Source: an uncultured Actinomycetota bacterium (GTDB taxonomy: Bacteria > Actinomycetota > Humimicrobiia > Humimicrobiales > Humimicrobiaceae). From it: a stretch of DNA of 48,839 bases. A model generated the notes under the pieces. That model did not search any database. It was not told where the DNA came from and saw only the letters and a list, made by a program, of their open reading frames with translations. The position numbers and the translations under genes are program-made. Shown here one piece after another: positions 1-8,993 of the stretch; position 1 is the stretch's first letter, and the number at the start of each line of letters is the position of its first letter. The DNA is taken from contig CAYGYY010000003.1 in assembly GCA_964354265.1 (NCBI GenBank), forward strand, positions 1 to 48,839. The letters run 5' to 3'.

Positions 1-205
1 TGTACTTACCGGTAAGCTGTCTTCATTTACCCGAGACCAGGCCCGCCAGATAATAGAAAAATTTGGGGGTAGGATATCTTCGGCTGTCAGCCGCGCCACT
101 GACGTGGTTCTTGCTGGGGAGGACCCGGGCAGCAAGCTTGACAATGCGCTAAAGCTGGGAATCAGGGTCATGAGCGAGGAAGAGTTTAAAAGACTTATAG
201 GCTAA
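1..205 (+). CDS. ligA: NAD-dependent DNA ligase, C-terminal BRCT domain (partial, 5' end outside window)
   Basis: Manual translation from base 2: VLTGKLSSFTRDQARQIIEKFGGRISSAVSRATDVVLAGEDPGSKLDNALKLGIRVMSEEEFKRLIG*, a typical LigA BRCT; ligA commonly precedes gatCAB. Confidence 0.93.
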   Translation, partial: VLTGKLSSFTRDQARQIIEKFGGRISSAVSRATDVVLAGEDPGSKLDNALKLGIRVMSEEEFKRLIG

Positions 206-283
206 AAAAGATATTTAAAGGTTAAAGTCTGGCACTCATGGGTCAAGATAGAGAATTAATATTTCAGTAAATATAATCCTGTT

Positions 284-697
284 TCAAATACTATATTTCT
301 CAAGGAATTCAGAAGCTGTAATGATTTTAATCCCTTTATAATTCTTGAGTTCAAGAAGGTCCTTATCGCCAGTAATAATAAAACCTGCATTTGCATAGAT
401 TGCAAGGTCAATGATTTTGTTATCGGAATCATCCCTGCAGATTTTGGTTGTATATTCAGGCAAAAAGTTTGACACACTGTTTTCCAGCATATTTTTTAGG
501 CTTTCAAGAGTCTGGTTTTTTAACCCGAATTTATACTTTAATTTAGCTATTAGCTCTGCAAGTAGTTCTGGGGAAATAGCAATTTCTATTTTTTCCTCTG
601 ATATGCAAAGCTGGAGTATTTTAAGGGGGGTACCTTTATATAAAACAGCTGAAATGAATATATTTGTATCAAGTATAATAACTGTTTTTTTATTCAC
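284..697 (-). CDS. PIN-domain toxin of a type II TA pair
   Basis: N-terminal ILDTNIFISA, CRDDSDNKII and IITGDKDLL PIN motifs; overlaps the upstream antitoxin. Confidence 0.9.
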   Translation of the reverse strand: MNKKTVIILDTNIFISAVLYKGTPLKILQLCISEEKIEIAISPELLAELIAKLKYKFGLKNQTLESLKNMLENSVSNFLPEYTTKICRDDSDNKIIDLAIYANAGFIITGDKDLLELKNYKGIKIITASEFLEKYSI

Positions 698-986
698 CTG
701 ATATTATCCTTTCAACTTCCTCCTCTGAAAGTTCTTCGATATCGTATCCTCTTTTTTTTAGCCATCGTGAAAACTGGTCCCTCGCTTCTTCCAGTGTTTT
801 ATCAAACCGCAATTTCCTGTTTTCTTCTATTATTTTCATGTTTCTGACATATTCATTGTAAGAAATTATTACAGCCTGGGGCTTACTGTCCCTTGAAATA
901 ATAAAAGTCTCATTCTGCTCAGAAACTTTATCCACCAGGTTTTTAATATTTGTTCTTGCCTCAGTAATGCCGATTATTTTTTCCAT
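690..986 (-). CDS. Phd/YefM-family antitoxin
   Basis: IGITEARTNIKNLVDKV...FIISRDSKPQAVIISYNEY Phd fold signature; acidic C-terminus; directly upstream of the PIN toxin. Confidence 0.9.
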   Translation of the reverse strand: MEKIIGITEARTNIKNLVDKVSEQNETFIISRDSKPQAVIISYNEYVRNMKIIEENRKLRFDKTLEEARDQFSRWLKKRGYDIEELSEEEVERIISGE

Positions 987-1035
987 CTTTATAATGCTTC
1001 CTCAATAAATTAATTTTACATTTAAAAGTGATTTA

Positions 1036-1092
1036 TAAAGTACTTTAAAACGTACGTTATAATTATTATAACTTATTTATTATAGAAGTAAA
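1036..1092 (-). promoter_or_regulatory. TA promoter with two GTAC-centred palindromic operators
   Basis: TAAAGTACTTTA (1036-1047) and AACGTACGTT (1049-1058), centres 12 bp apart; minus-strand TTTACT-16-TATAAT just upstream. Confidence 0.6.
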
Positions 1093-1249
1093 ATAAAATC
1101 ACATTCAAATCACATTAATCATAAAGTAGTACATGGAAGTAATTGATAATTAAAATTAATGCCTTTTATGATTTTTAAAATATTAGCGTTCTAATTATTG
1201 AATATGCAGGTATAATAGTCATAAAAAATGATTATATGTATATTTTTTT

Positions 1250-2038
1250 ATGCCTGAAATAAAAAATAAACCGGATAACCATCAGGTTGAAAAAAGCCCC
1301 GTTAAAGATGAGCCTAATATAAAGTGGAACTGGCTGGATGCGCTCATTTCAATAATATTTCTCATAGCAGTGCTTGTAGGTATTTATTTCGGGACTGCAA
1401 AGCTTATAAGCGTCTTAAATGTCAAGCAGCTTATTAACCTTAATATTGCAAACATAGACAGCCTCACTTTTACAATCTTTTACGGCATACAGGTCCTGCT
1501 CATGCTTGCAGTGGTATGGTTTTTCGCAATATACTGGCGCAGGTCCACTTTAAGGGACCTGGGATTTCGCTATTACAGCATTTTAAAGACCATATGGTAT
1601 ACATTCCTGTCACTTATACTTATTTTTATTGTAAGTTTTGTATATGTGCTGGTGTTAAAATCAGTATTCGGAATAGATGCGCCGCCGAGCAAGATTGATG
1701 AGCTTGTAAGCAACGGCAATATCTCCGGAAATATCCTTATTGTTGTGACTGCTGTTATTGCTCCATTTTGCGAGGAGGTATATTTCAGGGGGTTTTTATA
1801 CCCGGCATTCAAGAAAAGTTTCGGGGTGGCGATAGGCATTTTCCTGTCATCTTTACTTTTTGCGCTGGCTCATCTTGAAATTTACAGCTTCTTACCCATA
1901 ATGATAATAGGATGGATTCTTGCCTATCTCTTTGAAAAGACAAAATCGATATTTACTGCAATATTTTTACATGCTGCATATAATCTTATCCTGATACTGT
2001 TGCTGCTGGGAAGGATCCAGTTTGTGAAGATGTATTAA
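1250..2038 (+). CDS. CPBP (CAAX/Abi) family intramembrane metalloprotease
   Basis: APFCEEVYFRG, FALAH and HAAYN motifs; multiple TM segments. Confidence 0.92.
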   Translation: MPEIKNKPDNHQVEKSPVKDEPNIKWNWLDALISIIFLIAVLVGIYFGTAKLISVLNVKQLINLNIANIDSLTFTIFYGIQVLLMLAVVWFFAIYWRRSTLRDLGFRYYSILKTIWYTFLSLILIFIVSFVYVLVLKSVFGIDAPPSKIDELVSNGNISGNILIVVTAVIAPFCEEVYFRGFLYPAFKKSFGVAIGIFLSSLLFALAHLEIYSFLPIMIIGWILAYLFEKTKSIFTAIFLHAAYNLILILLLLGRIQFVKMY

Positions 2039-2060
2039 AATCTGTAGAAATAAATAAAAT

Positions 2061-2094
2061 CTCGACAGAATATCGGGAAAAATGTCGAGTTTTT
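2061..2094 (+). terminator. Possible intrinsic terminator after the CPBP gene
   Basis: CTCGACA-15 nt-TGTCGAG followed by TTTTT; the loop is large. Confidence 0.4.
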
Positions 2095-2186
2095 ACCATA
2101 TTATGTATTGCTGCCAAAGTTTAGTTTTCCATCTGGCAAATAGTTTTCCGGTATATGGGAATTAAAAAGATAATAATTTATAATAA

Positions 2187-2297
2187 TTAAAAAGTATTAA
2201 AAAAGATGTCATAAAAATCTTTAAAAAGTTTGGGTGGGTCGTAGCAAGAAGCAGTGGAAGTCATATTATTTTAAAAACATTTTTCTCAAGGATTTAA
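2187..2297 (+). pseudogene. hicA: HicA toxin remnant
   Basis: Start-less open frame LKSIKKDVIKIFKKFGWVVARSSGSHIILKTFFSRI*, matching the HicA N-terminal helix, GW and catalytic GSH motif; the C-terminal half is missing. Confidence 0.75.
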
Positions 2298-2299
2298 TT

Positions 2300-2587
2300 A
2301 TGAGTTTTATTTCAAAAGATGATGTCAGGCATGTGGCAAAGCTTGCAGAGCTGGAATTTGATGATTCCGAAATGGAAAAGATGACTTCACAGCTTGACAG
2401 GATACTCGGTCATGTTGCTAAAATCAGCCAGGTTGACACATCAAATGTGGAGCCAACCTCCCATATGCTTAATATAAGCAATGTTTACAGGGAAGATTTA
2501 AAAAAACAGTCTTTAAGCTCAAAGGAAGCCCTTTCAAATGCTCCTGAGGAGAGGGATGGCGGCTTTCTTGTGCCAAAGATAGATTAA
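2300..2587 (+). CDS. gatC: Asp/Glu-tRNA amidotransferase subunit C
   Basis: ISKDDVRHVAKLAEL...VEPTSH...NAPEERDGGFLVPKI; ATG at 2300 preferred over the ORF-track GTG at 2234. Confidence 0.96.
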   Translation: MSFISKDDVRHVAKLAELEFDDSEMEKMTSQLDRILGHVAKISQVDTSNVEPTSHMLNISNVYREDLKKQSLSSKEALSNAPEERDGGFLVPKID

Positions 2588-2627
2588 ACATATTTAAAAA
2601 CCATTCTCCAGGTTAAGGTATATCTTT

Positions 2628-4115
2628 ATGGAATTGCCGCTAAACTTTTTACCGGCTCATAAATTAAATAAGATGCTTCAGGAAAGGCAGGTATCTGCAA
2701 CTGACATCGTTTCTGCCCTTCTTTCCGCCATAGATAAAGTCGAAGCAAAAATGAATGCATACCTTCGCGTGGAAAAGGAAGGCATGTTAAAAAGTGCAGC
2801 AGATTTTGACAGTGGTTTTAATTCCGGCCAGGACAACATCCTTTCCGGTTTTTCGGGCATACCTGTAGCAATCAAGGATAATATATGCACAAAAGGTATT
2901 ACCACCACCTGCGCGTCAAGGATACTTTCAAATTATATCCCGGTATATGATGCAACCGTTATAAGGCGGCTTAAAAACGCAGGATATATACTTACCGGTA
3001 AAGCAAACATGGATGAGTTCGCAATGGGTTCATCAAACGAGAATTCATACTTCGGCCCTGTTAAAAATCCGTGGGATTTGGAAAGGGTTCCGGGAGGCTC
3101 GAGCGGAGGTCCTGCCGCAACTGTTGCTGCGGGGACAGCTATCTGCTCTCTTGGCTCAGATACCGGGGGCTCCATAAGGCAGCCAGCATCGCTTTGCGGT
3201 GTTGTCGGCCTAAAACCTACTTATGGCCTGGTATCAAGATACGGTCTAATAGCATTTGCTTCATCGCTTGACCAGATAGGACCATTTAGCAGGGATGTGG
3301 AAGACAGCGCAAGCCTTCTTAATATTATCTGCGGGTGGGACGAGCAGGATTCGACTTCGATAAGTTCTGTTAAAAATGGAAGCCTGGATTATACAAAATA
3401 CCTGGTTGACGATATGAAAGGCTTAAAAATAGGTGTCCCTAAAGAGCTGATGGCGGCTGAAGTCGATGACGAAGTGAGGGCAGCAGTAAACAGGGCGCTT
3501 AAATTAGCTGAAGATGCTGGGGCCTTTATCGGGGAGATATCGCTTCCGAGCCTTGAGTATGCGCTGAGCGTCTATTACATTATTGCCCCATCAGAGGCAA
3601 GCTCCAATCTTTCGCGGTTTGACGGGGTCAGGTATGGTTACAGGAACAGGGATGCGGCAACTTTGCGCGGGATGTATAAAAAAAGCAGGGCCCAGGGTTT
3701 CGGGCCCGAAGTAAAAAGGCGGATTATGATAGGCACGTATAGCTTATCAGCCGGTTATTATGATGCATATTACGAAAAAGCGCAGAGGGTCAGGACCCTT
3801 ATTAATAATGATTTTAACCGGGCTTTTAAAAAATATGACGTACTCATCTCGCCGACATCTCCTTCGACTGCTTTCAAGATAGGCGAGAAGGCAGACGACC
3901 CGCTTAAGATGTACATGTCTGATATCTGTACGATCCCGGTTAATCTTTCGGGGCTTCCTGCAATCTCAATACCTGCAGGTCTTTCAAGCCAAAGGCTTCC
4001 TATAGGGCTGCAGATAATCGCCGATACTTTGCGTGAGGACAATATCTTCAGGGTAGCTTATACGCTTGAGAAAGCAATAGGTTTTAACAGCCACCCTATC
4101 AATTTATATGAGTGA
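2628..4115 (+). CDS. gatA: Asp/Glu-tRNA amidotransferase subunit A
   Basis: Amidase signature GGSSGG, GSDTGGSIRQPA; RFDGVRYG. Confidence 0.98.
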   Translation: MELPLNFLPAHKLNKMLQERQVSATDIVSALLSAIDKVEAKMNAYLRVEKEGMLKSAADFDSGFNSGQDNILSGFSGIPVAIKDNICTKGITTTCASRILSNYIPVYDATVIRRLKNAGYILTGKANMDEFAMGSSNENSYFGPVKNPWDLERVPGGSSGGPAATVAAGTAICSLGSDTGGSIRQPASLCGVVGLKPTYGLVSRYGLIAFASSLDQIGPFSRDVEDSASLLNIICGWDEQDSTSISSVKNGSLDYTKYLVDDMKGLKIGVPKELMAAEVDDEVRAAVNRALKLAEDAGAFIGEISLPSLEYALSVYYIIAPSEASSNLSRFDGVRYGYRNRDAATLRGMYKKSRAQGFGPEVKRRIMIGTYSLSAGYYDAYYEKAQRVRTLINNDFNRAFKKYDVLISPTSPSTAFKIGEKADDPLKMYMSDICTIPVNLSGLPAISIPAGLSSQRLPIGLQIIADTLREDNIFRVAYTLEKAIGFNSHPINLYE

Positions 4116-4162
4116 TGGCTAAAAATCCGGGCAATATTATCGGGACTTTTAATAAATAAATT

Positions 4163-5665
4163 ATGGAAAAAGAAAACAGTACAAAAAAAGATAGCGGGGC
4201 CAGCGGCGAAAGCGCCGGTTCAGGATACGAGACAGACATAGGTCTTGAAACGCACGTCGAGCTTTCAACGCAAACGAAGATGTTTTGCGGATGCGGTCTT
4301 TCATTTGGCGCCGAACCGAATTCGCTAACATGTCCTGTCTGCCTTGGACACCCGGGTTCACTGCCGGTAATAAACGGCAAGGCAATACGATATGCAATCA
4401 AGGCGGCTCTTGCATTAAACTGCAGGATAAACGAATATACGGTCTTTCACAGGAAGAATTATTTTTATCCCGATATGCCGAAGAATTACCAGATATCACA
4501 GTATGACCTGCCGATTGGAAGCGAAGGTTATCTTGATGTGGATATGGGCGGCTATGTAAGGCGCATAGGCATTACAAGGGTCCACCTTGAGGAAGATACA
4601 GGAAAACTCATACATACGGGCTCAACAGGCAGGATAAGCGAATCTGCAGCAAGTATTGTTGATTTTAACCGTGCAGGCACACCCTTGATAGAGATTGTCA
4701 CGGAACCTGATATAAAGTCACCATCTGAAGCAAAAGAATACATGATAAATCTTAGAAACCTGCTTTTATACCTTGATATCAGCGATTGCAGCATGGAGGA
4801 GGGCAGTCTGCGTTGTGATGCAAATGTTTCAGTAAGACTAAGCGGTACAGATAAAATGGGTACAAAGACTGAAATAAAAAACCTCAACTCCTTCCGGTTT
4901 TTACAGAGGGGACTTGAATATGAGGTGCTGCGCCAGGTGGACCTGCTTAAGTCGGGGCAGAAAGTAATCCAGCAGACAAGGCACTATGATAATATTACCG
5001 ATTCCACAAAAGCCCTGCGCACAAAAGAGGAAGCGCATGATTACCGGTATTTTCCGGAGCCGGATCTTGTACCGATGTACCTGGACGAAAAACAGGTTAG
5101 CTCAATCAGGGCAGAGATTCCTGAACTTCCGGATGCAAAAGCAAAAAGATACAGCAGGCAATTTGGCCTTTCAGTTTATGATGCCAGGTTTTTAAGCTTT
5201 GAACGGAAGTATGCTGCATATTTTGAGGAATGCATGACTGGATATGGAAATGCAAAAACTGTGGCAAACTGGCTTATGGGTGATTTTTCCGCGCTTTTAA
5301 ATAAAGAAGGCAGGAATATCGGCGAAAGCAGAATTACTCCTAAAAACCTTGTAAAAATGCTTGAGATGATAGACAGCGGTAAAATAAGCTCAAAGATTGC
5401 AAAATCAGTTTTTGAAGAGATGTTTTACAGCGGAAAAGACCCTGGAAGTATCATATCTAAAAGGGGACTGGAGCAGATAAGCGATGAAAGCCAGCTTGAA
5501 GCTGTAATAGATAGCGTTATTTTACAAAACCCGGGCCCTGTGGAGCAGCTCAGGAGCGGCAAAGAAAAAGCAATAGGCTTCCTTGTGGGGCAGGTAATGG
5601 CCAGTACCAAAGGCAAGGCAAATCCTAAACTTGTAAATGAGATAATCCTGAAGAAGATAAAATAG
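4163..5665 (+). CDS. gatB: Asp/Glu-tRNA amidotransferase subunit B
   Basis: IGLETHVEL, RKNYFYPD, HLEED, DYRYFPEPDL motifs; YqeY-like tail. Confidence 0.98.
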   Translation: MEKENSTKKDSGASGESAGSGYETDIGLETHVELSTQTKMFCGCGLSFGAEPNSLTCPVCLGHPGSLPVINGKAIRYAIKAALALNCRINEYTVFHRKNYFYPDMPKNYQISQYDLPIGSEGYLDVDMGGYVRRIGITRVHLEEDTGKLIHTGSTGRISESAASIVDFNRAGTPLIEIVTEPDIKSPSEAKEYMINLRNLLLYLDISDCSMEEGSLRCDANVSVRLSGTDKMGTKTEIKNLNSFRFLQRGLEYEVLRQVDLLKSGQKVIQQTRHYDNITDSTKALRTKEEAHDYRYFPEPDLVPMYLDEKQVSSIRAEIPELPDAKAKRYSRQFGLSVYDARFLSFERKYAAYFEECMTGYGNAKTVANWLMGDFSALLNKEGRNIGESRITPKNLVKMLEMIDSGKISSKIAKSVFEEMFYSGKDPGSIISKRGLEQISDESQLEAVIDSVILQNPGPVEQLRSGKEKAIGFLVGQVMASTKGKANPKLVNEIILKKIK

Positions 5666-5770
5666 GCAATTTAAAAGATAAACGGCTGCCTTAAATTTCA
5701 AATAACCACTTAAAGACCGCAAAAAATATAACTTTAATCAAACCTTAAAAACCTGCAATTAAAAACTATA

Positions 5771-5828
5771 AATTAATATTAATTTTTAATATTAATTACT
5801 TGACATATTTTTTGTTTTTGATTATCCT
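5771..5828 (+). promoter_or_regulatory. Sigma70-type promoter of the tad operon with an upstream palindrome
   Basis: TTGACA (5800-5805)-17-TATCCT (5823-5828); inverted repeat AATTAATATTAA-TTT-TTAATATTAATT (5771-5797) abuts the -35. Confidence 0.55.
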
Positions 5829-5981
5829 TTGCAATATATTACTAAAGTATAATATTTATATAAGATACTATTAAATAATATATAAATAAAATAGTTAAAG
5901 TTACATTAAATATCATCTTTAGTTTTAGTATTTAGAAATCATTGAAATTTTAAGATTCATAAGGATTTAAAAGATTTCAGC

Positions 5982-7415
5982 ATGGGCAACATAGAGTTTT
6001 CAAAAAATACAGACAGTCCTGGCGGTAAGGGTAATGCTCCTGATTTTAATGTGATAGTAGCAGATACAGACTGGCAGACTTTTGAGGCTCTTGGCGCTTT
6101 GCAAAAAGAATTCAACCTCCTAAACCTTAGCAGTGAATTTGCTGTCAGTTTCATCCTTGATTATGAAAAGATAGATGTTTTATTGCTCAGCAAAAGAATC
6201 GCAGACATCGAGAGCATAAGGCGCAAGGCAGAGAAAAAGATGGCAAAGGTATTTGTCATGGGTTTGGATTTAAAATATCCGGTTGACGCCTGCGAGGTAA
6301 AGGACATACTTCAAAGCGAATATTCTGCAAAGGTAATCAAATCATCGAGTAATGCAAATGCTAAAAAAGCAGTAAAAAGTTTTTTTAAAAAGGTTTTTAC
6401 TGAAAATAACAGATTACTGAAAGCTGAAAACAGGGCCGGGTATACTGGTAAGGACGCAAATGAAAAATCAGGGGAAAATTCATGTGAGGATGCCTATGAG
6501 GACTTATTTAAGGAGCTGGAAATGGAAAAAAGCAGCGGGCCAAAGGAAGAAGTAGAGATAGCGCAGGAACCTGTAAGAGAGACGGTTCGATCAGGTTTAA
6601 CTGAAGAGGATTTCTGGGGCGAGAAACTTCCTGGTTCACAGCGCCTGAAGTCAGAAGTATACAACATGGACCCTGTAGAGACTGTCAATAACAGTAATTA
6701 TATTGCCATAAAGCAAAAAATCCTTGTATTCATAAAGGCAAAAGGCGGGGTTGGAAGCACTATACTTTCGGTACTTCTTGCATACCAGCTAAGGAAGCTT
6801 AAGACCCTTCTTATTGACATGAATTTTTCTGAGGGCGGAAGCGACCTGGGATATTACCTGGAAATGCCCAGGACACCTAACATGACGGTATTTACGGAGG
6901 GATATAACAGGGACGCAATGGATAATTCAATAATCAGCTTTAAAGGTTATTTTGACATTGTGCAGGCTCCTCCATCGTATGAGCTTACAAAAAAGCTTGA
7001 TCTGCAGGATATATATAGCCTGGTGGATGTTGCAAGAAAGAAGTATCACCTGATTATTTTTGATATGCCGAATAATATAAATGATATTTTCCTGGGAGTC
7101 CTTGACATGGCTGATTTGGTTATACTTGTGTCAGATTTTACTACAGGCAGTATAGGAAGACTTGCAAGCATTACCAACAGGTTCATTTACAGTGATGTCG
7201 AGAAAATACTTGTAATGAACAGGACAAGGAATGGAAATGCTGCGGCTTTTGCCAGGAATGGATTCAGGGATTTCCTGGGCCTCAAGGAGGTTCTAAGTAT
7301 TAATGAATGCGAGGCGCTGGCAGATAGGACCAGCTTTACAGGACTTGATTTATCGAAGTTGAAAGAGGTTAATGCGTTTGCTGCAAAAGTCCTGGAAAAG
7401 CTGGCCTATGAATAA
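5982..7415 (+). CDS. TadZ/CpaE-like pilus-localisation protein (pseudo-receiver, linker, MinD-like ATPase domain)
   Basis: N-terminal VIVADTD...IDVLLLS...LKYPVD degenerate receiver; deviant Walker A KAKGGVGST; LLIDMN; IIFDMP; first gene of the tad cluster. Confidence 0.75.
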   Translation: MGNIEFSKNTDSPGGKGNAPDFNVIVADTDWQTFEALGALQKEFNLLNLSSEFAVSFILDYEKIDVLLLSKRIADIESIRRKAEKKMAKVFVMGLDLKYPVDACEVKDILQSEYSAKVIKSSSNANAKKAVKSFFKKVFTENNRLLKAENRAGYTGKDANEKSGENSCEDAYEDLFKELEMEKSSGPKEEVEIAQEPVRETVRSGLTEEDFWGEKLPGSQRLKSEVYNMDPVETVNNSNYIAIKQKILVFIKAKGGVGSTILSVLLAYQLRKLKTLLIDMNFSEGGSDLGYYLEMPRTPNMTVFTEGYNRDAMDNSIISFKGYFDIVQAPPSYELTKKLDLQDIYSLVDVARKKYHLIIFDMPNNINDIFLGVLDMADLVILVSDFTTGSIGRLASITNRFIYSDVEKILVMNRTRNGNAAAFARNGFRDFLGLKEVLSINECEALADRTSFTGLDLSKLKEVNAFAAKVLEKLAYE

Positions 7416-7470
7416 AAAAGCAATGTTCAATCTAACCATCATAATAGTATAGAAAGAGAAGGTAAAAGCA

Positions 7471-8262
7471 GTGTCTTTATCCGGAAAAAAATATATTATC
7501 CTTGCTGTAATCGGAGCAATGATTCTGGGAGTGGGGACTTATTTTCTTCTTAATAATTATTTTGAAAAAATAAGCATTATTGCAGCCAGTACAAATATTG
7601 AAAAAGGACAGAAAATAGGCCCCGGAGATATAACTGTCCTGCAATATTATGTGGGTTCGCTTCCGGAAGGCTATAAGACTGACCAGGAAGATGTCGTAGG
7701 GCGCATTGCTGTTGTCCAAAGACAGCCCGGAGATCCAATAACCGAAAACATTTTTACTGAGAGCGCAGCAGGAAGCAGTAAACTAGATAAACTGTCCCAA
7801 GGCGAAATACTTATTGCAATAAGTATTTCATATCCCGAACCGCTGGTAGATGCCATAAAGGCAGGAAACCGCATCTCCATAGTTTCAACACAGAAAGAAG
7901 AACGGGGTTATTCGTCATTGGCAAATCCGGGTCCTGAAGGGATTAATTCAAATAACCTGTCAGGAAATATAGCCGGCAGCAACCCGGGCAACCAGGCCGG
8001 CATCCAGTATTCAACTGGCGGCTTAACCGAGCCTGACAGCTACACAATATCAGAAAACATACTTTTGATCGACGGACAGATAGTGATAAGGGACCTTGAG
8101 GTAATTGATATAATTGAGGCAGAAAACAGCCAGGACAACTTCCTTTCCCCGGACAGCAAGAGCAGTCCATGCCTGATGATAAAATGCGACCTTAATGAAG
8201 CTCCTGTTATCTCACGTATAACTAAAGAAGACGATTATAAGATTTTTTTGGAGAAGCTCTGA
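7471..8262 (+). CDS. cpaB: CpaB/RcpC-like SAF-domain Flp pilus assembly protein
   Basis: N-terminal TM, then SAF domain (IIAASTNIEKGQKIGPGDI...VVGRIAVVQRQPGDPITE); IKAGNRISIV RcpC-like motif. Confidence 0.8.
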   Translation: MSLSGKKYIILAVIGAMILGVGTYFLLNNYFEKISIIAASTNIEKGQKIGPGDITVLQYYVGSLPEGYKTDQEDVVGRIAVVQRQPGDPITENIFTESAAGSSKLDKLSQGEILIAISISYPEPLVDAIKAGNRISIVSTQKEERGYSSLANPGPEGINSNNLSGNIAGSNPGNQAGIQYSTGGLTEPDSYTISENILLIDGQIVIRDLEVIDIIEAENSQDNFLSPDSKSSPCLMIKCDLNEAPVISRITKEDDYKIFLEKL

Positions 8263-8993
8263 AAGAAAACAGGTTTGACCATATAAACATAATCTCTGTG
8301 ATTTCAAATAAAGGCGGGGCAGGAAAGACTTCAGTAGCAATAGCCCTTGGTTGTTACTATAGCATGAAAATGGGGCAGCCGACACTTTTGCTTGAGCTTG
8401 ACAGCTCTCCCGGGGACTTCGGGGTTTTGTTTGATATAGAGGCTGAAAATTCGCTTGAAATGGCATTGCGATTCCCGGGCAACTGTAAAAAATACATAAA
8501 GAAAATAAGTGAAAACCTGGATATTTTGAAGGGGATACAAAATCCGGTGATTGCAGAATCAGTTAAAAAAGGACAACTTTACAATATGATGGATCATCTT
8601 GGGGGCTTATATCAGCATATAGTTATAGATACGCAGTCTGTCTTAAATGGCGTTGTGCTGGATGCGCTTTCAGTTTCCAGCCGGATATTGCTTATAACTG
8701 ACAACTCAATAGAAAGTTTTAACAGGGTCTTAAGCTTTAATGAAATGCTGACCCAAAGTTTTTCAATACCGGTAGATAAGATCTCACTGCTTGTCAATAA
8801 AAAAAGAATCAGGGATTTTTTAAAAGTATGGGATGTAGCCAAAATGACCGGACTGCCTGTAAACGGGTTTATACTTTATGATAAACATTTTAATAAATCC
8901 TTTTGTATGACAGGCATAAAAAAAATAGCAAGGACAGGATTCTATAAACATCTCAGCAGGATAATTGAAAATGGGTTTGAAGGAAAGGCTTGA
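8259..8993 (+). CDS. Second MinD/ParA-family P-loop ATPase in the tad operon
   Basis: IISVISNKGGAGKT Walker A, LLLELD, IVIDT; the frame is open back to 8241, so the likely start is CTG at 8259 (the ORF-track GTG at 8298 falls inside strand beta1). Confidence 0.8.
   Translation: MKENRFDHINIISVISNKGGAGKTSVAIALGCYYSMKMGQPTLLLELDSSPGDFGVLFDIEAENSLEMALRFPGNCKKYIKKISENLDILKGIQNPVIAESVKKGQLYNMMDHLGGLYQHIVIDTQSVLNGVVLDALSVSSRILLITDNSIESFNRVLSFNEMLTQSFSIPVDKISLLVNKKRIRDFLKVWDVAKMTGLPVNGFILYDKHFNKSFCMTGIKKIARTGFYKHLSRIIENGFEGKA

Noticed and set aside
229-255. CIRCE-like half site CTGGCACTC after ligA
   Set aside because: The second half (GATAGAGAA) does not match GAGTGCTAA, and the site lies between convergent genes
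2234-2299. N-terminal extension of GatC in the ORF track
   Set aside because: It is an off-frame reading of the hicA remnant; GatC homology begins at ATG 2300
2039-2299. T-box leader upstream of gatCAB
   Set aside because: No T-box consensus (AAGGTGGTACC-like) or antiterminator visible
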